Shown: positions 50,618-60,700 of the stretch, in pieces | How positions within the stretch are numbered: the first letter of the stretch is position 1 | Layout: each line of letters begins with the position of its first letter | Source of the DNA: Parcubacteria group bacterium | Lineage (GTDB): Bacteria; Patescibacteriota; Minisyncoccia; Moranbacterales; UBA11712 | DNA length: 64,000 nucleotides | Assembly (NCBI GenBank): GCA_041659685.1 | Contig: JBAZXV010000003.1 | Span: forward strand, 66,040-130,039 | Reading direction: 5' to 3' | Program-made: the position numbers and the translations under genes | The notes under the pieces: model-generated | Seen by the model: only the letters and a program-made list of their open reading frames with translations | Databases searched by the model: none | Told to the model about the DNA's origin: nothing

Positions 50618-51313
50618 TTATTGTTGCGGCTCAAAGCATTTATTCGAATCGGGTAATTTTTCCGCCAGTCTGACTATCAGCTCCGAAACGCGTTCCGGCG
50701 GAATTCCGTCTCTCCGCCCGGTGACTTCAAGCTGCAAATCCGTGTCAACCGCCCCCGGGCAAACCGCGTAGACTTTAATGCCGAATTTCCGGAGCTCATC
50801 CGACATCGATTCTGAAAAACCCCTCACCGCAAATTTTGTCGCCGAGTAAGTCGAAAATTCCGCGATGCCGTATTCTCCCGCCTGGGACGACATATTGATT
50901 ATCACCCCCGATTTCTGCTTAAGCATATATTTCAGCGCCGCCTTCGTTCCAAAAAGCACTCCCTTCACGTTCGTGTCAACGATGTCATTTATTGATTTGA
51001 CTGCCTCATCGTGAAAATATCCCTCCCAGGCAATCCCCGCATTATTAATCATCACGTCTATCCGGCCGAATTTCTTTACGGCCGCCTCGACGAATTTTTC
51101 CATCTCCAAATGATTCCGCACATCCGCAATCATCGCAAAAAATTCTCCGCGTCCCTTTAGTTCTTTTTCGGCCTTCGACAAATTATTCTTATGGAGCGAA
51201 CAAATCGCAACTTTAGCTCCCTCCCTGAGAAAGGCCTTCGCGTCGGAAAAACCTATGCCGCGCGACCCGCCCGTTATCGCGACAACCTTTCCCACAATAT
51301 TTTTTTTCGGCAT
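50618..51313 (-). CDS. SDR-family oxidoreductase
   Basis: TGGSRGIG, NNAG and YSATK catalytic motifs. Confidence 0.85.
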   Translation of the reverse strand: MPKKNIVGKVVAITGGSRGIGFSDAKAFLREGAKVAICSLHKNNLSKAEKELKGRGEFFAMIADVRNHLEMEKFVEAAVKKFGRIDVMINNAGIAWEGYFHDEAVKSINDIVDTNVKGVLFGTKAALKYMLKQKSGVIINMSSQAGEYGIAEFSTYSATKFAVRGFSESMSDELRKFGIKVYAVCPGAVDTDLQLEVTGRRDGIPPERVSELIVRLAEKLPDSNKCFEPQQ

Positions 51314-51343
51314 GGTTTTCGGTTAATGACAAACAATCCTCCC

Positions 51344-51565
51344 CTATTTCCTGTGAAGCGGAAAATAAGACTCTTTGGCGCCGCTGCGAATTTTTTTGGG
51401 AAGTTTGATCGGCTTTTCCGCCTCCTCATGGATTTTTTCGGGCAAATCCGCTCCTTCCTCGCGCTCGATGTCCTCAAGCGGATCATATGAATGCGCCATT
51501 TCTTTGGGGCTTTCGGGAAAATATTTTTTCTTGCGTTTCATGAATATTATTACAAACGCCGGCAA
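51344..51565 (-). CDS. Hypothetical small protein
   Basis: ORF directly upstream of and co-oriented with the SDR gene. Confidence 0.3.
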   Translation of the reverse strand: MPAFVIIFMKRKKKYFPESPKEMAHSYDPLEDIEREEGADLPEKIHEEAEKPIKLPKKIRSGAKESYFPLHRK

Positions 51566-51686
51566 ATAATAATTGCGCCGGATGTCGTTTCTCGAAAAGG
51601 AATTTCCTGCAACAAAAAATTGGCTTTTATGTAATATTAATTACATCAACGGCAAACCGAATCGTGACTGCCTAAGGAAACAAAAA

Positions 51687-51983
51687 ATGAATAACATCGA
51701 AAGTGAAAAATCTTGGGGAGAAATAGGCCGGGGAATTATATCCAGTCTGATTAATCTTGCAGAGGGCTACGCCGATAACTTCATTAGGAGACAGCGGGAG
51801 AAAATGATTCGGAAAATATTTTCTTTCCTGTTATTTTTTTCAGCGGCGCTCTTTATCCTGAATGGGATTGCGATACTAATAAACGAAATTTTATGTCTGA
51901 GGCAATGGGCCGGTTATGTTCTCATCGGATTGGGCCTTCTTGTTGTCGGCCTTTTGATTCCGAAATCAGACAATTACGGATAA
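51687..51983 (+). CDS. YqjE-like (phage-holin-family, DUF1469-type) small membrane protein
   Basis: Two transmembrane helices after an amphipathic N-terminus. Paired with a DUF883 gene as in yqjD-yqjE loci. Confidence 0.4.
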   Translation: MNNIESEKSWGEIGRGIISSLINLAEGYADNFIRRQREKMIRKIFSFLLFFSAALFILNGIAILINEILCLRQWAGYVLIGLGLLVVGLLIPKSDNYG

Positions 51984-52006
51984 GTTTAACTATTTATTAT
52001 AATAAT

Positions 52007-52261
52007 ATGAATTATGTGGACACGGAAAAATTAAGAAGCGACATCGTTAACGGAGTGGACGCGGCTCTCGGCAAGCTGGAATACCAGTACGAAAAATTAA
52101 GCGAAAGAACAGCCGAGGCAAAAGAAAAAACACAAAGGTTCATCAGAGAAAACCCGGAAAAAGCCGTTCTGATTGCGGCCGGTGTCGGAGCCATAGCCGC
52201 CATTATCACACTGAAAATCATGAAAAGAAGAATGATGCGAATAGACAGTTCATGCTGCTAA
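52007..52261 (+). CDS. DUF883/ElaB/YqjD-family membrane-anchored protein
   Basis: Coiled-coil N-terminus followed by ENPEKAVLIAAGVGAIAAII, the characteristic DUF883 C-terminal anchor. Confidence 0.55.
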   Translation: MNYVDTEKLRSDIVNGVDAALGKLEYQYEKLSERTAEAKEKTQRFIRENPEKAVLIAAGVGAIAAIITLKIMKRRMMRIDSSCC

Positions 52262-52425
52262 TCTAAAGCACGGCGACATTTGCCCTAAAAAAAGGGCGTG
52301 TGCCCGAAAAACAATTCCATCTCAGTTTTCATTTTCAATAATTTTGAAGCTGTCCGACGGATAATGCGACATTTCAGGGCGCAATTGATATTTTCTTGAC
52401 AGTGAATGATGATAATAATAATGAA

Positions 52426-52512
52426 GAGCCTTAAGAAGCTCTGGTTTCGCCGCCTCGGCTGCCTGTGGGGGAGTTGGCTGGGCGCAAAAACCAAAATTTC
52501 TTCTTAAGGCTC
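52426..52512. repeat. 13-bp perfect inverted repeat (GAGCCTTAAGAAG / CTTCTTAAGGCTC) flanking a 61-nt GC-rich spacer
   Basis: Read from the sequence. Lies in the 446-nt intergenic region upstream of lgt. Confidence 0.5.
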
Positions 52513-52707
52513 GTATGGTGGGGCCAGGCTATGGAAGTTACCCCCGTTCCCCCCTAGCTTACTATCCATCAGCCGCTCGGCCGAAATTAAGCGTTTCTTG
52601 GCCCCGTGTACAATTGTTATACAATGCAAGCAATTATAAATTTCTTTTCTTTTTACGATAATATATGAATGCTAGAAGCCGGTCGTTTTATGGAGTATAC
52701 TTGACTC

Positions 52708-53532
52708 ATGGCATATTTTTGGCAGCATATTCCCGAACACCTCAATCCGGTTGCTTTCCTGGCCGGGCCGGTCCAAATTTCCTGGTACGGAATAATGTAC
52801 GCAGTCGCGTTTACTATCGTTTATTATTTGGTTCGCTACCGGATCCGAACGGAAAAATTATCCGTTTCCTTTGAGACTGTCCAGGATTTTTTTCCATGGG
52901 CAATCCTGGGAATGCTTTTGGGAGCGAGACTGGGGGATGTTTTTATTTATGATTGGAGTTATTTCTCTTCGCGCCCCCTCAATATTTTTCTCCCCTTTGA
53001 CGCATACGATCATTGGCAGTATATCGGGATTTACGGGATGTCCTATTTCGGAGGATTAATCGGTCTTGTTATAACTTTTTACTTTTTTTGCAGAATAAAA
53101 AGAATCAGTCTGCTGGAGTTTAGTGATTTATTCGCACCCGGCATCCCCCTTGCTTTCACTTTCGGCCGGCTGGGAAACTTCATCAACGGCGAACTTTGGG
53201 GACGCGCAACGACAAAATTTTGGGGAATGTATTTTCCAGCCGACTTCACCGGCGAACTCCGTCACCCGTCGCAGATTTACGAAGCGCTCCTGGAAGGATT
53301 ATTGCTTTTCTTTATTTTGTGGCCGCTCCGAAAAAAAAGATTTCAATCGGGATATCTTACCGCTTTCTATTTGACAGGTTATTCTGCCGCCCGCTTCACC
53401 ACCGAGTTTTTCCGCCAGCCTGACAATGACTGGTTCATCGGCCCGTTGACGATCGGCCAAATATTTTCCCTGCTGCTTCTTCTCGGAGCAGGCGTTATCC
53501 TGGTTTTGAAATATCATGGCAAGAGAAAATGA
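52708..53532 (+). CDS. lgt: Prolipoprotein diacylglyceryl transferase
   Basis: Lgt signature FTFGRLGNFINGELWGR. 274 aa. Multi-transmembrane. Confidence 0.9.
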   Translation: MAYFWQHIPEHLNPVAFLAGPVQISWYGIMYAVAFTIVYYLVRYRIRTEKLSVSFETVQDFFPWAILGMLLGARLGDVFIYDWSYFSSRPLNIFLPFDAYDHWQYIGIYGMSYFGGLIGLVITFYFFCRIKRISLLEFSDLFAPGIPLAFTFGRLGNFINGELWGRATTKFWGMYFPADFTGELRHPSQIYEALLEGLLLFFILWPLRKKRFQSGYLTAFYLTGYSAARFTTEFFRQPDNDWFIGPLTIGQIFSLLLLLGAGVILVLKYHGKRK

Positions 53533-53638
53533 AGCTCCCCGATCTTGCCTGCCTCGCCAGCAAACAGGCGCATAGGGTCTCCCTCCGCGCCTCCGAGCAA
53601 GCGAAATTACAAAAACAGAAAAGGATTTATTTTACCCA

Positions 53639-53666
53639 ATCCCGCCGAGGCGGGATGGTTTTTTGC
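53639..53666 (+). terminator. Rho-independent terminator
   Basis: atcccgcc-gag-ggcgggat stem followed by GGTTTTTTG. Confidence 0.65.
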
Positions 53667-54077
53667 AAAGGGAGATGAAATGGCATCATAAAATTATTCG
53701 CGCTGCGAAATATTCCGAACGCGGGCAGCCGACACGAAACAATTCTCCTCAAAAATAGCCAGTTTAAAGGGCTATTTTTTTATTCCGCCGATAATTTTTC
53801 GGCGGCTCTTTTTGAAATATATTGAAAAGTCGATTGTAACAGGTGTTAACAAAAGAAAAATCTTTACGTGTGGAGGGAAATTTCCGGTATGCGCGAAATA
53901 ATTCTGCTTATTGCGAACGATTTTTCTTGAGTTTCGAGAATGAATGTTCTCGGACAAAGCCGCAACAATCTCCTGATCGCAAATCGGGAATATCAAATGC
54001 ATGAACGGCTTTGGTTGAACATTAACAATTAATTGTCATCCGGCCGATCAGGCCGCTAATAGGGGGAGACGGCAATT

Positions 54078-54749
54078 ATGGCCTCAAAAAAAGAAATCCG
54101 GTTGCTACGGTCATTGCTTTTATTAATCGGAATAATTTTTACCGCGTCATCATGCGTCAGCATGAATAGCACCCCTCAACATCCGATCCAGCAGAGTATC
54201 CGCGTGGACGGGGATCTCCAGCCAAAGCAAGTCAAGATCTCAAACTTCGGAAATATTCAGGAAACTGGCGTGACTGCTTTTTCGAGCAACTATCGCCAAT
54301 TTTCCAGGAAAATCAAGAAAGGCAACAAAACTGAAGAAACAAACTACTGGGAGCCGATCAAATGGCAAGGCATGAACAATCTGGCTCCTGACACAAAAAA
54401 ACTGAAGTTCTCTCTTATTGTAGAAAATCCGTTTTTCAGGACTTATCGACTTGTCAAAATTATCGACATCGAGGGCCAAAAGCGGGAAGAGGAAGTTCTG
54501 ATATTTCCGAGCGGCCAGAAAGAAAGCTTCGCGGACATTCAGGAAATGTACAACATAGAGTGTCCGGTCGTAGCCGACAAGTCGATCAGGATTACCATCA
54601 GGTTGGACCTTCTGGAGGGCTCCGGAATACCGGGGATGAATAGTCTGACGGTTTCCGAACTCTCATACAGGATAGGTAGCGCTGGAAATCTCTCCGATCA
54701 GAGAATCTCCAAGAAAGCGCAAAAAGGGGGTGTTCACCCGGAAAACTGA
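54078..54749 (+). CDS. Hypothetical lipoprotein
   Basis: Signal peptide with lipobox TASSCVS. Confidence 0.5.
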   Translation: MASKKEIRLLRSLLLLIGIIFTASSCVSMNSTPQHPIQQSIRVDGDLQPKQVKISNFGNIQETGVTAFSSNYRQFSRKIKKGNKTEETNYWEPIKWQGMNNLAPDTKKLKFSLIVENPFFRTYRLVKIIDIEGQKREEEVLIFPSGQKESFADIQEMYNIECPVVADKSIRITIRLDLLEGSGIPGMNSLTVSELSYRIGSAGNLSDQRISKKAQKGGVHPEN

Positions 54750-54844
54750 AAAAGGAATTAGGGGTTTAAATGCGGGAAATCATCGGAGTTGATTACAAAC
54801 CACATTTCATTTAACACTTCGCTTCACATCTAAGGAGATCGAGT

Positions 54845-55465
54845 ATGAGACGGAAAGTTTTCGCGGCCTTCATGGCCCTGGCTATCGTGTTTGCCCTGAG
54901 TTCTTTGGCAATGGCCAATTGGGATCCGCCTGCGCCCGTTTATAACGACGGCACCGCCGACGTCAAGATTGACCAGGTTCAGGGCGCTGCGGGCGTGGCC
55001 GGTTTGGTGGTTGACGTCACGAGTGAAAAGGGCCATGTGTTCAAGACCACCGACTCCACTTCCGTTTCCGGCAGTGGCGCCTTTGGCCTGAACGACTTTA
55101 ACAGCGTCGACGGATCAAGCTGTTTCAGCAAAGATGGCTGCTTCAAGGAAGGCGTGGTCGGCGTTGGTCACTTTGACTTCAACTACGACAAAGTCCACAC
55201 CTGCGGCACTGTGTACGTTGACAATAAGACCATTGCCAACGTGTACCAGAACACCAGCTCCATGAACAGCAGCCTGATCGCCAGCGCTTCCGCCTGTCAG
55301 CTGCCGGTGACGGCCAATGCCAGCCAATCCCAGACCTTCACCCAGAACGTGGTGAACGCCGTGATCCCGAACCCGAATGCCGGTTGGGGCCAGCCTGCGA
55401 CCCTGGGCACCGTCAACAGCGGCTATGTCGGCAACACTGCCGCCAGCGTAAAGATCGGCAACTAA
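54845..55465 (+). CDS. Secreted hypothetical protein (in GC-rich island)
   Basis: Signal peptide ending ALSSLAMA. GC ~58% against a ~42% background. Gly/Asn/Val-rich. Confidence 0.55.
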   Translation: MRRKVFAAFMALAIVFALSSLAMANWDPPAPVYNDGTADVKIDQVQGAAGVAGLVVDVTSEKGHVFKTTDSTSVSGSGAFGLNDFNSVDGSSCFSKDGCFKEGVVGVGHFDFNYDKVHTCGTVYVDNKTIANVYQNTSSMNSSLIASASACQLPVTANASQSQTFTQNVVNAVIPNPNAGWGQPATLGTVNSGYVGNTAASVKIGN

Positions 55466-55578
55466 CAACATAGCTCCTGGAAGTATCTACAGGACTTAAT
55501 CAACCGGCCCGGTCGCGGAAAAAGAGGCACGTCCTCCGATCCGCTTCCGGGCCCGTTATATATTAGGAGATCGGACGC

Positions 55579-56634
55579 ATGAATAAAAAATCGGGTCTTA
55601 TCCCCATACTGCTGAGTGCGGTTCTGACGGTATTCCTGGCGTATTCTGCCCAAGCTCAGACTGTCCAAACCAATACCGCTTCTCAGAACACTAACCTCAA
55701 TCAAGTTGTTCTGCCCGGGGGCACCGGATACGGCGGAACAACAAACAACACTGCAACCGACCCCGCTGGAGGCACTGTCGCTTCCAATCCTCAGAAGTAT
55801 CCACGGACGTGGTTTAATCCGATGAACCTTCCAGGGGTTTCCGGTCCGATCTATTATGGCGGTCCGGTGCGATATGGAAAAGAACTTCTGGATGTTGGCA
55901 TCCTCATCCGTTTCAAACCGGTTTGGGATCCTGCCTTCTCTCAAAAATTCGCCGGCCGGCCGGGTAAGACGAATGTTTCTGAATCTATTCCGACGCCGAA
56001 AGACGCCCGATCCGGCACTTCAGTCACGATGACTCTGCATCAGCCGCAAAGCCCGAAGAAGCTCAGGGATTTCAATCGTTCCTTTGAGCTCGTCGACTGC
56101 TATTCAGTTGACGGGCAAGACGGCGCCGACAGTCCAAAGCTGCTGGGCATGGCGGCTGAAAAAGCGAGCAAGGTTAATGCCGACATTGGCATTGTCGTGA
56201 ACCAGGGGGCGAATTTTGAGCTCTCCGGCAAAGACAGCCAGCAAGTCATCGGATTTTCTCCGAGTCTCATGGGAGGAGGAGCCGGATCGGTTGCAGGAGG
56301 CGCGTTGGGGTTTGCCTTAGGTTGGGCTCAGCACAAGGCAAAGTACTTAACCCAACCATTCCTCGTGGTTTTGCTTTTTAAGAGCACGGGGGTTCCATAT
56401 GACTGGCGGGAGGAGGAGCAAAAAACTCAACCCAAACCGGTTCCTGCAGTGCCGCCTTCGTCCTACAATGGCGATAATAATAACCATGAGGCAGGCGCGG
56501 CGCAGGAGCCAGCAAACCAAGTGCATGGAGCGAAAACCGCGAAAGGGACAAAAGACGTCCCTCCTCCCAAAGGGGAGAAACTCCCCTACAAGAGACCGGC
56601 ACCCTCGCTTCTGATCGAGCAGCAGCCCAGGTGA
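55579..56634 (+). CDS. Secreted hypothetical protein (in GC-rich island)
   Basis: Signal peptide ending AYSAQA. GC-rich. Gly/Thr-rich N-terminus and a Pro/Lys-rich tail. Confidence 0.55.
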   Translation: MNKKSGLIPILLSAVLTVFLAYSAQAQTVQTNTASQNTNLNQVVLPGGTGYGGTTNNTATDPAGGTVASNPQKYPRTWFNPMNLPGVSGPIYYGGPVRYGKELLDVGILIRFKPVWDPAFSQKFAGRPGKTNVSESIPTPKDARSGTSVTMTLHQPQSPKKLRDFNRSFELVDCYSVDGQDGADSPKLLGMAAEKASKVNADIGIVVNQGANFELSGKDSQQVIGFSPSLMGGGAGSVAGGALGFALGWAQHKAKYLTQPFLVVLLFKSTGVPYDWREEEQKTQPKPVPAVPPSSYNGDNNNHEAGAAQEPANQVHGAKTAKGTKDVPPPKGEKLPYKRPAPSLLIEQQPR

Positions 56635-57067
56635 TCTCCAAAAAAAGAAAATCTGGACAAAGCTTGTGTCGGAAAGCAGTCCGGCCAGGCATACCACAGG
56701 AGGCGCAACCGCGAGTTACGCCTCCTTTTCCAATATAAACACAGAACTACTAATGTTTTTCAGCTTTAAAATACATCCGCTCAAACGGAATATTTTTCAT
56801 AAGATTGCGGAGGAGAACCAGAGAGTTGACTCGTCAATTCCAGAAATAATCTGGGAACTCGATTGTATTATTTGTCAAAGATACGCAAAAAAGCGCTTAG
56901 GCATAATTTATTCTCCATTATTTTTTACTTTTGCTTTGCCGACAGCCGCAGAAAGAATCGCCTGCTGTTCAGTAAAGCAAAGGTCGAAAAATTACTTCTT
57001 TCCGAAAATGTTTTCTGAAGGAGGGAAGGAAAGTTAATCCAGTGAATTTGAAAGGGGGTGAGAAAAC

Positions 57068-57631
57068 ATGAAAAAGATAATTGTATCGTCAATTGTTGGT
57101 TTAGCGCTTGTTGCGGCGATATCGCCGGCGATGGCCAGAGTCAATTTCCATACGCCTTCGATGCCGAACAATCATAATAATTGCTGCGCCAATAATGATC
57201 CATGCTGCCCGGAAGTGAAGATTGACAGCTATAACAACGCAATGATAAAAAATTCCGTTTTAGCGGTCAGCAACACGGGACTAAATGGAGTAATAGACCC
57301 GGAAGATAATGATTCTTATCACAACAATAATAATCATAATTCTTTCAACTGGCCCAATAGTTCGGACGATCCAGGGTCAATTACCACAAAAGACGCCACG
57401 GCAGTTAACGGAGTCGAGAACGACGTTAATTCGATCCACGAAATCGCCATGCCGACATCGGGAACTCTCGACATAAAGACTGTAAACTCTGCATACGTCG
57501 ACAATAAAGTCGGAGCGGTAGCAAATTCCGGCGCAAATCTAATCATTAAATCGGGCACCATAAGCACCGGCGGAGCTGGCGCCCAGAACTCAGTAGTAAA
57601 CATGGTCCAATCAGGAATCACGGTTTACTAG
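57068..57631 (+). CDS. Secreted Asn/His-rich protein carrying one copy of the N-x-A-x-A-x-x-G-x-N repeat shared with the downstream giant protein
   Basis: Signal peptide. CC...CC segment. C-terminal NSAYVDNKVGAVANSGANLIIKSGTISTGGAGAQNSVVNMV parallels the repeats of the 1069-aa protein. Confidence 0.55.
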   Translation: MKKIIVSSIVGLALVAAISPAMARVNFHTPSMPNNHNNCCANNDPCCPEVKIDSYNNAMIKNSVLAVSNTGLNGVIDPEDNDSYHNNNNHNSFNWPNSSDDPGSITTKDATAVNGVENDVNSIHEIAMPTSGTLDIKTVNSAYVDNKVGAVANSGANLIIKSGTISTGGAGAQNSVVNMVQSGITVY

Positions 57632-57742
57632 CCACTTTACGGAGAAAACTGGAGGGCAAAGCCTTCTTCAGAATGTTCCGAACAAGGACAGCCCTTCAGT
57701 TAATCCGTATAATTTGAAATTTTTACTTATAAATCCAAGATC

Positions 57743-60700
57743 GTGAAGATTATTTCCGGAAAAAATAAAGTTATAAAAATGAATTTGATTCGTTTTTTTA
57801 TTGCTTGCCTTCTGACTTTAGGACTGATTTTTAATAATATTGCCCTACCTATTTCGGTGGAAATTGCAATGGCGCAGTCTGATTCTGGTCAAGAAACGGA
57901 CACGAAAGAAAATATCGATAACCAAGAATCTAAAAACGCCAACGGCGGCGAAGAATCAGGAAAAGTTGATGGTCCATCAAGCGCTCAGGAAAGCAAGGAC
58001 ACCCAAAAGGAGGACGGACAAGACGATCCAATTTGGAAATCATGCGACTTTTCTAAAAAAGAAAATAAGCTTATTAAAAAAAACAAAGGCAAGGAATGCC
58101 GCAAAAAAGACAGCTGTAAAAAGATAAAAGAATGCCTTTCCGATTTCATCAGCATCAAAAACGAAGCGGACATAAAAAACGATTCCAATTCCTCCGCAAA
58201 TACCGGGGAAAATATTATCAGTCCTGACGAAGACAGCGCCGGGATAGATTATCCGATTGAAGAAACAGCGACCGAAGAAAATCCGAAAGAAAAAAATGAA
58301 TCAGAAGACGTTACTGAGATCAATCCTGAATCGGGGAATGAAGACGAATCCGGTGACAATATTTCTCCTCAAAATGAACCCCCCGGTGAACCGTCCGGAA
58401 TAAATGATCCGGATCCGGAAATATCCGGCGGAGAAGGAAAAGAAGCTTTTGAAGATACGGCTAAAAACGGGATTGATCCAAACAGCCAAAAAGAAGCATC
58501 GGACAGCGCCTCAACCGATCAAGCCGTATTAAAAGATGAAGCTTCTGAAGAAAAAGACAATATTTCGATAAATAGCGATCAAATAACAGAGAACGAAAAT
58601 AATCCTCTCGACAAAAAAACCGCGCAAAGCGTCCCAACGGTGACCGAGGAAAATGACCAGGAAATAGGAACATCGGCAACGGACAATGAAAAAAGCGCAC
58701 CAGTTGATAAAGAAATAAATTCTCCGGAAGAAGAAGATGAGAACATCGAAAGTATCCCGGCAGTGACCGAGGAAAATGATTCGGAAACAGAAACATCGGC
58801 ATCCGCCGAAAAAAGCGACGCGGAGAATGAAGATATGCCAAACAGCATCGAAACGGATGATGCCGCGGCAGAAAACAGTGTGTATAACGAAATAAACACA
58901 AATGTCGTCGGAGAAAATGTCGAAAAATTCGAACAGAATATCACGGGCATGTACAGCGGAGACATCAATCTTCTCGACGAATTCACAAATCTTCTTTCCA
59001 GTGCCGATACGGCAGATTCAAACGGCCTAACAGCCGCTCAGATTGCAATTGAGAATACTGCCGAAACTGAAAACAGCCTGGAATCCAGCGCGACAACGGG
59101 AGGCAATTCAATAGAGGGAGAAGACAGCCGGGCCGCAATCGAAACGGGTGATGCCATATCAGCGGCGAATATCGTGAATTTTATTAATGTCAATCTTATC
59201 GGAGAAAATTGGCTGTTTGCGACCATAAATGTTTTTGGTGACTGGGTGGGAGATTTGATTGTTCCGGGAGAAGGCCTCCTGAATGTTCCGGAGGCGAGTG
59301 CGCAGTCAAACGAGAATATTTCGATTGAAAATGACGCTACAATAATAAACACCGCTGATGCAAACGCATCGACCGGATCAAACACGATCAGCGGAGATAA
59401 CGGCACAGCCGCAATAGAAACGGGCAGCGCCGCTTCCAGTTCGGTTATCAAGAATGTGGTCAATACGACAATTATTAAAAATAGCTGGTTCTTTTTGACG
59501 ATAAATAATATGGGCAGCTGGATTGGAAAAGCAATCCATTGGGGAGAAGATAATAACGAAGAGATATACAGCTATGATTTTAATGAGGACGAAAGTTGGG
59601 AAGCAAACCTCACTAATTGGTTTTCAAGCATATTCATCAAAAACAGCGCGAATATCGAAAACAGCGCAGTTGCAAGCGCTTCGACCGGCAGTAATTCCAT
59701 TAAAGGAAATTATGGAGCGGCTAATATTCAAACCGGAAGCGCGTATGCCGCCTCCAACATATATAATTTTGTGAATACAAGCATCATCGGGAATAATTGG
59801 TTTTTCGCAACCGTAAATATATTCGGTACCTGGAAAGGAAACGTCAATTTCGCCTATCCCGACCTTTCCGTTTCGATTAATGACGGGAAGGGTTCAGCTA
59901 ACAGAGGTGAAAATCTGCATTATTCCGTTGAGATCGAGAATGAGGGAAAAGCAAGCGCCAGTAATGTCTATGTGCGGATTTCCCTCCCTGATTGCCTAAG
60001 CACCAGCGGCAACCCGAATACGGGGGACAAAAATGGATCCGGCAATGAAATTTCCTGGAATCTTTCGGGCCTCGGAGCGGGAGAGAAGAAAAGCTTTTCA
60101 ATTGACGCGGCGGTTCCAGAAAATATTTCCCCGGATGAATCAAAAATCCGAACATATGCGCAAGTACTGACCGAGACCAAAGAGACGGAACTCGATAATA
60201 ACACTTCGGCAGACGATACGCTGATTAATCCGTCAGTAGAAGATAATAATGAAATCAGCCCGCCTGAGATCATCACTTTGAATGACAACCCCAATAAAAT
60301 TCAGGGTTCCCAAGTCAATGATCCCCAAACTAATGACCCTCAAGCGCAATATTCGCTTTCGATAAGAAGAGAAATAAACAACAAAAAGGCAAAGCCGGGA
60401 GAGAAAATTAAGTACACCATCTATGTCAGCAATTCGGGCGATGGAGATCTGCATAAAGTGAAAGTGGAGGACAATCTGAAAAATAAGGATGGAGATCTGG
60501 GATCGTACGCATGGGACATTGGAAATCTCGGGAAAGGGAAAACAGCCAAAGTAACATACGGACTCCTGATCGGCGCTGATGCTCCGAAGGGAGATTATAA
60601 AAGTTCGGCTGTTGCCACTGGCTTCGATCCGAACGAGTCGGAAGTGAAGTCCTCTGAAGCAAAAGTGTCTTTTCATATGGAGAGCGTTAAATTAGCCGCC

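Noticed and set aside
52516-52605. Minus-strand 90-nt element with a perfect 7-bp terminal pairing GGGGCCA...TGGCCCC followed by ACCA, which looks like a tRNA acceptor stem plus CCA.
   Set aside because: No D-arm, anticodon arm or GTTCGAATC T-loop could be folded. A 7-bp inverted repeat plus ACCA is expected about once by chance in 64 kb.
58461-59463. Minus-strand ORFs of 135-146 aa within the giant surface-protein gene.
   Set aside because: Antisense to a repeat-rich coding region. Their length is an artefact of codon repetitiveness.
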